Origin: Octopus sinensis
Taxonomy: Eukaryota
Assembly: GCF_006345805.1 (NCBI RefSeq)
Contig: NC_042999.1
Span: 172,236,001 to 172,300,000, forward strand
Length of the DNA: 64,000 nucleotides
Reading direction: 5' to 3'
Part shown: positions 54,521 to 64,000 of the stretch, piece after piece
How the letters are laid out: every line of letters starts with the position of its first letter
How positions within the stretch are numbered: the stretch's first letter is position 1
The notes under the pieces: generated by a model
What the model was told of the DNA's origin: nothing
Databases searched by the model: none
What the model saw: only the letters and a program-made list of their open reading frames with translations
Translations under genes and position numbers: made by a program

Positions 54521-56531
54521 ATATTAACACTCATTGGGTGGCGATTGTAGCGACCAATACTCTCCTTGCCAACTTCAACTTCAATAACATTAATGCATTT
54601 TAGGGTCCTAATATCCACTTTTGTTTAAAGGATGCAGCAAGTTCGATCTGGTAATGCATTCTTCTTCATTTCCTATATCTCATTAAACGGTTTGTATCAT
54701 TTGAGGTAAATGTTCTATTACCAAGTTATTTTTATACTTTGTATGAAAATTATACGAAGAATTTGGGACCAATATATTTACTTCCTTTAATGTATATTGA
54801 ACGTTAGTTTATGAAGGCATTATGAGAAATTATTATGTTTATGGAAAATTTCTCAGTAAATATACATATTTACTGTTTGTGGGATTGGGTTTATGTGGGA
54901 ATGTGCTTTTTATAAATAGGTATCAGTTAATATGAAATTTGGAGTGGATAATGTTCTCTAAAAGGTATGCAGAACATGCAAAGAATGAAAGGAATCGAAT
55001 TTTTATTTTAACGTGACATGTGTGCCCCCAACACACACACACAACACGCTCACACACACACACACAATCACACATACACACACACATATACACCTACGCG
55101 CACGCACGCACATGTAATATCATTTGTGACAGTAAAATAAATGTTATGTTATATGTTGACGTGCAGAAAATCTATTTTCAGCAAATATAATTTGTATTTC
55201 GTCTCTGACAAATTATACGTATGTGTCATCCAAGTTACAACTTTAGCTGAAGTATCACTCCATTTCAATGTTTCGCTCAGCACAAGAAAACAGCTTAAGT
55301 ACTTGTTGTTAATTAGATGTTTATATAATAACAGGTGGTGTATCACTTGATTGCATTCAATGCGCAACAGTTTGCCACATATCAAGTTTATAACATGGAA
55401 ATTAAATGCTTGATGGCTAATATCACTATTGTATTTAACAGATACGTAACAGGTAATTAAAATAAATCGAGAAAAATATTCCCAGGTGTATTGCGATTTC
55501 TACAGATATATCTATTTCCATCTTCTCCATATATTTAATTAAGTGTCAAAGGATGAAATCTTATTTTAAGGCTGAACGATTTATGAGTTATCATACCCTT
55601 TTTATAATTTCCTAATAATTTTGAAGATTTTCAGATTAAAGGTTTCCTCCTATGAAACAAGTTCCAATTCATCATAGCAAATGCAATTTCATTTCGATCA
55701 CATGATATTCATATCAAAACAAATAGAAAATAAAATGAGGTTCACGTGCATATATATGTGGATGTGTGCTTATATACATATTATATATTTATATATATAT
55801 GCAAATGTAAATTTCAACATTTGTTTATATTTGTATAGCTGTATATATTGTATAACTGTAATCATACTTATGGCTGTATACGTTTATCTGTGTATTCGTG
55901 TTTCTAACAGTGTGACACACACTATTAGAAACACAAATACACACAGATACATAGTGATACATAGACATAGTATATATATGAATATATTTTACATATATAT
56001 ATGTTCAGACTTAAGTGTGTGTACTTGTGTGCGTGTGTGCCCTACTGTGTTTTTGTGTGCGTGTGTGTACACGCGTGTGTATGTGTACGTGTGTGTGTGT
56101 GTTGTGTAATCCATCTATTCTATACTGTATATTAAATTAGCTAACAGATTTTTTTCTCCTGCTTATCAGTCTGTTACAAGAATTTTAAACAACATACAAT
56201 TAATCCATGTAAATATATCGCAGCTATACGTCTTCTTGCTTGACAATTGCAGCAAATATTTATTGCCATAATTTTATCAGTTGTGAGCGCTGTATTATGT
56301 TAGTTTGTAAGAGGAGGCAAGCGAAGAAAGCGAGCAAACAAAACATATCATCACCGTTACTATGTGTGTGCTTACGCTGTACTTAACTCTATGTAGACCA
56401 AATGCATCACAATGGTAAATTAGTACAGCATATTTTTGTGGAAATTCTTGATACAAGCCCTACATGCAATATATACAGTGATAAAGATAAACAAAGCGTC
56501 TTCAGTAATAATACTTTTTTTCTTCTAAAAC

Positions 56532-56870
56532 GTTATATATTTACGAGTAAAACATTATATAGTACTTCATTTGCAGATACTTGAAATTTATGTGTTACGG
56601 ATAAAACAAAATGAATACAACCCTCTGCTGCAACAAAATACTTCAACGACATGTGACATATTCTTGAGAAATTGTTAAAAAGAATGAATTATGAAATTAA
56701 AATTGCTGCGTGACCTTACATTTATTTATTTAACTACAAATCCAATCTAGTAAACATATTATAAAACTGCATACAGAGTTAATTATGTTTATTGTGTTCA
56801 TCTAAATATTACTTTAAAAGTACCGCTCATTTTACACTTATTGCGTTGGAATACCTATGGAAATTATATT
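56532..56870 (+). repeat. Old duplicated block, copy 1 (paralog ~58698-59195)
   Basis: Three collinear conserved islands; see findings. Confidence 0.7.
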
Positions 56871-57344
56871 TCAACGCTCTTCATTGCTCACAACACCTAA
56901 ACATCACCAAAGATTAGACCTTGACTTTGCTGTTTTTAATTGTTATCCTTCTGTTTCTTTGCCCCAATATTGCTAAGTTACATATAAGAATATATATACT
57001 CTATGGAGAAATATTCTTTCCTCATTAGTGATTCAAACTGCAAATTATCGTCACTTCGATGCGAATGAAATGAAAATACAGCGTAAATCAAAGAACTGTA
57101 TTGCTATTTTGGCACTTCTTTGTCATAGATAATGACTTGCTCACTTTTGAAAATTAAGAAGCAGATTACTGCATTTGTCAAGTAAGTCAGTATGCTGTTT
57201 ACAATTTTAGTATCGTTAAATGACGAAAATTTGTTTCGGCAGTGATGGAGTGTACAAAATCACTAAGCTTTCGCGACATAATGAAGGTCATTTTCGTGCC
57301 CATAATCATTATGACTACAGTAAAAAGGATTATTATTATGATGT

Positions 57345-57562
57345 CGGTGAGCAGGAGTCTTTATAACAATAGTAGCATGTCGGAGAATATAACAAACAGC
57401 ATTTTGCCCGTTTCTACGTTCTGAGTTCCAGTTCCACGGATATCAACTTTATCTTTCTTTCTTCCCGTCCGAGAAATTTAGTATAAGTCAAGCACAGAGT
57501 TCGATGTAAACGAATAGCTCCCTCCCACCCAATTTTAGGCCTTCTACCTATAGTAGAAAAGT
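57345..57562 (+). mobile_element. SINE family B, degenerate
   Basis: ctacgttctgagttcc..aattttaggccttctacctatagtagaaaa. Confidence 0.65.
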
Positions 57563-58056
57563 AAAAAATGCAGAGAGAGTGATAATGGCGACTAGGTGCA
57601 ACCTCACATATTTAGTATCTTAATATTTTTATCGCTCAGTATGTGAAATTTAGGTAGAAAATTTATAGCCGAGTATGATATTTCGAGTAGCTAAAGACAA
57701 AGGTGTAATGATACCTGTGTGAGTCAAATAATTTTCTCCTCATGCTAATGCTATATTGATTAATATAATTTTAAAAATACGGTCATTTTTACTTGGGACT
57801 GCATTAATTACCACACTGATGATAACCTCTACACCTCCAATTATTTTCAGTGTGGATCAATTGAGTGATGGGATTAAATTATTGCTGAGGATATGATGAC
57901 AAATGCTGAACAGCTGCTCTTATATAGTTACATTCCATATCGACTCAAAGAGTATAATATAACATACAATAAATAACAAATATATGTATATGTATGTATG
58001 TATGTATGTATATATATATATACATACATATATACATATATATACATATATATATA

Positions 58057-58099
<43 letters not shown>

Positions 58100-58153
58100 T
58101 ACATATATACATACATATATCTATATGTATATATATATATATATATATATTTG

Positions 58154-58211
<58 letters not shown>

Positions 58212-58271
58212 GAGAGGCAGACAGACAGAGAGACAGAGAGCGAGAGTTAAAGAGAAATGGCTGGATAATTA

Positions 58272-58281
58272 GATAGAGAGT

Positions 58282-58353
<72 letters not shown>

Positions 58354-58408
58354 CAGAAAGATAGATAGATATATAGATAGATAGATAGACAGAAAGATAG
58401 ATAGATAT

Positions 58409-58450
<42 letters not shown>
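58272..58450. repeat. (GATA)n microsatellite
   Basis: Direct. Confidence 0.98.
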
Positions 58451-58451
<1 letters not shown>

Positions 58452-58697
58452 TGTTTATTTGTATGTGTTTGCCCGTTTGCGCCCAGACAGAGTGTGTGTA
58501 AATTGCGCTGTAGAAGCTATATGCAGACCAACGCCGAAAACAGTAATATATCAGTTCCACTGCTAATGTAAACAATCAGTTCTACCTACTCTAATATTGT
58601 AAGCCTTGATTTGAATGGCAATAAAAGCCAAAATGTCATGAAAGAGGTCAATACCGTAATGTGGTGGTCATCTCACGGTATGTTGAGTTTGGGAAAT

Positions 58698-59195
58698 GTT
58701 ATATATTTACGAGTGAAATCATTTAGCAAGACTTCACTTACATCGCTATTTAAAAATCATATAATATGAAAAGAACATGAAGAAAATAAGAGATTGCTAA
58801 AATAAATTACTTGTCAAAATCGCTGGCATGTGTCATCCATTCTTATTAAAATCAATTAAAATCTTCACAGAAAAGCTAATGCTTTGCGTGACCTTACTTT
58901 TAGTTATTTAACTGGACATTTAATCTAGATGATATTTCCTGAAACGTCTTCCAAATTGAAATATTTGTTGTTGCCGTTATTTTATTTTTCATTCACGATT
59001 TTATTGATGTTTAGTTTCAGCTATATGTTCAATGTTATGCATTTTTTTTCTCCTCTACTCTTTCTATCTTACTTTTATTTGAATGTAGTATTGCATTATT
59101 ACTGGAATGGCACTTCTTTAATTGTGTGATTTTAAACATTTTTTTTTTTTAATCAGAACGTAGAAATCTGACGTTGGAATTCCCATGGAATTTGT
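58698..59195 (+). repeat. Old duplicated block, copy 2
   Basis: See 56532-56870. Confidence 0.7.
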
Positions 59196-60236
59196 AATGA
59201 ATTTAAAATTTACAGGAACTGAACTGCAAAACAGTAATTTTCCTGTCGGTTTTTGTGTTACTTAATTATGTCTTTTGCTTTTTTTTTACTGTCATGTGCC
59301 GTTTTCCCAGTATCTCTGATACATTGTTTCAGAATATATAGTTTTTGGAGCTGATTAAGTTCAGACTATGGACTAGTGAAACTAGACGGTAAATATGATG
59401 AGGTTATTTAATTATGGCTCATTTACTTCATCTAAAGGTTAGTTGGTAATATATTTTGTATAGGTAGTTGGTAATATATTTGGTATTGCACATAGGCAAC
59501 AACAAAAAATTCGTCTATGTTACAGAAAGCTACGATCTAAGTAATCGATCTCAACGCTTATATTGATTTCCATGTCGCATCTTAAGGCGATATAAATTTA
59601 CAATATACATAACTGAAACTAAATTTTCAAGGAATTTAGCTCGACGTTTTATTTGACTCAAATAAGGCTGCACTTTAGTAGAAATGTTAGATCACTACTG
59701 TTCTCTGCACTCTTATTTCCAATTTAATCAGTGTGATACTCACCTTTCATCTTTTATTGGTCGATAAATAAAGTACTATTCCTCTATACGGTTCCACTAT
59801 TCTGTATCTCACCTCTTGTCTTTTTTTTTAACATTTTGTCTTTTCTCTCTGGATAAAAATTAGTCACGACGAAACTTGGAGATGGATTGGTTCTTCCATG
59901 TCTAAAGTATGCCCACGATCTAGATCGGCAATGCAAGGATTCCAGTTGGGAGATAAGAAACCAACGCGAAGAAGCGCCATTGGGTGGAGGTTGCCGATAC
60001 ATATCGTTATGTTGTGGATAAGTTATTAAGGGTTGACGAAAAAGTAATCTATATAATCTCGAACCAGGTATATATCATTTTAATAAATCTCTTCTCGAGC
60101 AATACGTCAACTACCCCACACAGACGCACACACGCACACATTCACAAAAACACACAAACACACACATATGCGTGTGTGTACGCATGTGTATATATATATA
60201 TATGTATCTATATAAACATGTATATATATATATGTG

Positions 60237-60294
<58 letters not shown>

Positions 60295-60687
60295 ACTTAA
60301 ATCATGCTGAAAGTATAAAACCATACGACTGATAAGAATTAAGATGATTTTCGAGCAGTGAATACATTCTAATGCTTATCGAAAATGTGACGGCACTGCA
60401 CTCAAGCATTTCGTCAGCGACAGCATTTGCTTATCTTCCTTCTGCGTCTGTACTTACGTTTTTCTAATGCGTTTGTTATTCCTCTTCCCCTCACATAAAA
60501 TGAGTACAATGCTCAAAGTCCTTATACAAATATTTCCCGCAGGTCTACTGCTATATCCTCCCAACCTGCCAATTTTACCGTCTTTCATATGTATATAAAA
60601 GTTCACGCGCACAAACATACATAAATACATACATTTAGGCATACAGACACACATATACATGTATATGTATATATATATATGTATATA

Positions 60688-60761
<74 letters not shown>

Positions 60762-60798
60762 ATATGTATAAATATATATATATATACATATATATGCA

Positions 60799-60958
60799 TG
60801 GAGTGGCTGTGTGGTAAGTAGCTTTTTTAACAACCACACGATTCCGGGTTCAGCCCCACTGCGTGGCATCTTGGGCAAGTGTCTTCAGTTATAGCCGCGC
60901 GCCGACCCGTGCCTTGTGAGTGGATTTGGTAGACGGAAACTGAAAGAAGCCTGTCGTA

Positions 60959-61011
<53 letters not shown>

Positions 61012-61268
61012 ATATATATATATTATATATATAATATATATATATATATGTATGTGTGTGTGTTTGTGTGTCTGTGTTTGTTCCCCTAGCATTGCTTGAC
61101 AACCGATGCTGGTCTGTTTACGTCCCCGTCAACTAGCGGTTCGGCAAAAAAAGTCCGATAGAATAAGTACTGGGCTTACAAAAAGAATAAGTCCCGGGGT
61201 CGAGCTGCTCGACCAAAGGCGGTGCTCCAGCATGGCCGCAGTCAAATGACTGAAACAATTAAAAGAGT
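60799..61268 (+). mobile_element. SINE family A, full length
   Basis: A and B boxes, CORE-like centre, internal (TA)n/(TG)n, tail ggcggtgctccagcatggccgcagtcaaatgactgaaacaa. Confidence 0.92.
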
Positions 61269-62094
61269 ATATATATATATATATATATACAATCGGCCAT
61301 TATTTGTTTCTTTCTCACTTACTAGCCAAGTTAACATCGTTATTTTCTTCTCTTCCAGTGTGTCTCATTGCCATCTAGTTTTTAAACAAAGTTAAAAAGA
61401 CAGTTAACGTACATCTGTATCAAATTTATTTATTCCTCTCTTCATCGTTATGCAATATACAGAAATACACACACACACACATACATACATACAAACACAC
61501 AAACTCACACTATCACATACACTCCTCCTCTCTCACACATCCACGCCCACTATTATATATTCAATTTCCACTTCAGTGTTTTTCCCGCTTCTATTTCCTT
61601 CTCTCAGTTTCACCTGTTTATTCTTTTCTATTTTTAATCCACTTTTTTTCCTCTAAATTATTATTGCCATCGTTTAAATGTGGTATAATCATATTATATA
61701 TTCATGATTTTATTTTTACTAAATTCCGGTATGTGATTTACGTACTTACATCCGTTGCTTTCAATTAACATACAGACTTTTCAGGTTATAACTTTTAAAC
61801 GTTACAATCTGAAGACGTATATTTCATTGCATATGTGTATTGTGGGAATAACCGTAACGAGAAGTGTAGAGATGTGCGTGGGTAGAACATGCTCTAATCA
61901 TTGTCAGTCCAAAATGACTATAATCAGTCATTGCTTTCTCGTTAACTACATCATACACACACATTCACACGTACACAAAAACACATACAAACATATTCAT
62001 ATGTATTTGTAAATATCACGTAAACACACACACATACGCAGATATATGTTATATATAAATGTTATAAATATATAAACGCATATGTAGGTATGTG

Positions 62095-62127
<33 letters not shown>

Positions 62128-62604
62128 GTATGTGTGTGTGGGGGGGTGCAAAATATCAAGAAGAGATCAGAGTATTAATTATAATAAAAAGTAAAGTCAG
62201 TCGCCACGTCAAAGTGGCTGTTCCATATTATTACTAGTTTAACTTCACGCAGATCTTCCGCCAGCTGGTTATCGGGGCGACGCTGCGCCTTTTATATACA
62301 ATATATATTACTAGCAACGAAGCGAACCCCTACCACTCTCTAACAGACGACAGGATCGCGAAACCCACTTAATTTCGTTCTATTTGGCTCTTCCTCTTTT
62401 CTGGGACATGTAATGCACTAGATAAGATTTTTCATTTGCAAATTATGTTTGCATTTACTTTTAATTCTTTTTTATTCTTAATACTTTTGGCTGTCCCTTA
62501 CTCAATTAATTCGTATTTCCCACAACTGGGGTCTCCACTGTTTGGTTACTTACATCGTTCCTGTTTAAGTGTAAATATAAATATATATATATTATATATA
62601 TATA

Positions 62605-62672
<68 letters not shown>

Positions 62673-62842
62673 GTATGTATATACGAGATATGGTTAATAA
62701 CTATCCAGACCGTTGCCATTGTAAAGAAGCTAAAGTTTGGCCTTGTACTCTGCTGTGGTTTGACGGAACGTGTGCAGCGCGTGATCCTCGCATTGACCAT
62801 GATAGTGAAAGTTGGGCAGATAATCTACATAAAATTTTGCCA

Positions 62843-62881
62843 AGGGATTTGGTAGACGGAAACTGAAAGTAGTTCGTCGTC

Positions 62882-62963
<82 letters not shown>

Positions 62964-63036
62964 TGTGCGTGTCTGTGTGTGTTTGTGTGTATGTCTATGT
63001 TTGTCCTCCCCCATCGCTTGCCAACCGGTGTTTACG
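62843..63036 (+). mobile_element. SINE family A, middle fragment
   Basis: ggatttggtagacggaaactgaaag..catcgcttgccaaccggtgtttacgtc. Confidence 0.8.
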
Positions 63037-63264
63037 TCTCTCTCTCTCTCTCAGTCTTTATCTCACTCTGTCTCTCTCTTACTATTTTCCTTTCTCCTCT
63101 GTTTCTTTGTCTTTGTCAATATTTATCTATTTATCTATTCATCTATCCATATATCTATTTATATCTCATAATGCTTCTCTCTTTCTTTATCTCTCATTCC
63201 CCTCTCTTTTTGGATCTATATGTATGTGTGCGTGTGCGTGAATGTGTTAGATTGTGCGTGGGTA

Positions 63265-63312
<48 letters not shown>

Positions 63313-64000
63313 TATATACACACATATATATACATATATATACATATATATATATGCACATATATATGTATACATGATATACACATATTGACACGCGTAT
63401 AAACGTCTATGTATATGGATGTGTATTTGTGCGTGAATTTGGATGCCAATGTCTATTTGTAATTATGATTCTCTGTAGACAGTAGGTGTATTTGTCACTA
63501 GAAATTTCTGAATATTCTCTGAACACATCTGCCTATTCACAGCTATTTCCTTTGATTTCTGAAATGTGCAAATCGTTCGCCTCAGTGTTCCTGTTAAATC
63601 GACCTATTACATTTTTATTTCATTTCAAACATTTGCAATCTTTAAGAATATATTTGTACTATTGATTTAATTTGATATTAGAATAACATAATCAAAAATA
63701 AATATTATATAAAGCAAACCTCAACTACGTAAAGTACTATTTAAAACACCTTTATAATATTCTGAAATAACAAATTGACTACATATTCTGTGTTTCCTAA
63801 TATACATACTTAGAAACAGATACATCACGCTCACAGATAAACAGAATCACACGTGAAAGAACACATGCCCATGTATATAGTTCTATACATACATGCACCT
63901 AAACATTAACACCTATATACACATAAGTACACAGTCTTATGTAAGCATGTACCTATCTATGAGTGTGTGCGTAAGCGTTATTTCCACACATATATCTGTA

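Noticed and set aside
62205-62260. Hammerhead-like motif on minus (cggaaga..taaactagta)
   Set aside because: The core and GAAA are both mutated and there is no helix I.
62305-62345. tactagc as a Helitron 3' end
   Set aside because: No clear subterminal hairpin and no matching 5' end.

Overview
AT-rich eukaryotic DNA dominated by microsatellites ((TA)n, (CA)n, (GATA)n, (AAT)n, (TAG)n) and transposon debris. The SINE families and microsatellite load look like an Octopus genome to me; this is recognition, not a database match. Most ORFs in the track are microsatellite artefacts, and I cannot support any intact host protein-coding gene, rRNA, tRNA or CRISPR array. Supported content: (1) four tRNA-derived SINE families in more than 20 copies; (2) LINE remnants of the RLE/R4-Dong, Tx1/L1, CR1-group and Penelope types; (3) an internally deleted Helitron with both termini intact; (4) a DD37D-type Tc1/mariner relic, plus MITEs; (5) two recent tandem duplications and one old one. 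The most interesting signals are: a duplicated ~370-bp fold-back element carrying a minimal hammerhead-ribozyme core (U3:A8 variant) and linked to Penelope; a Penelope insertion with a perfect 36-bp fold-back junction; a SINE whose 3' tail matches the 3' end of a Tx1-like LINE in this window; and a Tx1-like LINE nested in another LINE with an 18-bp target-site duplication. Repeat boundaries are approximate unless stated as exact.
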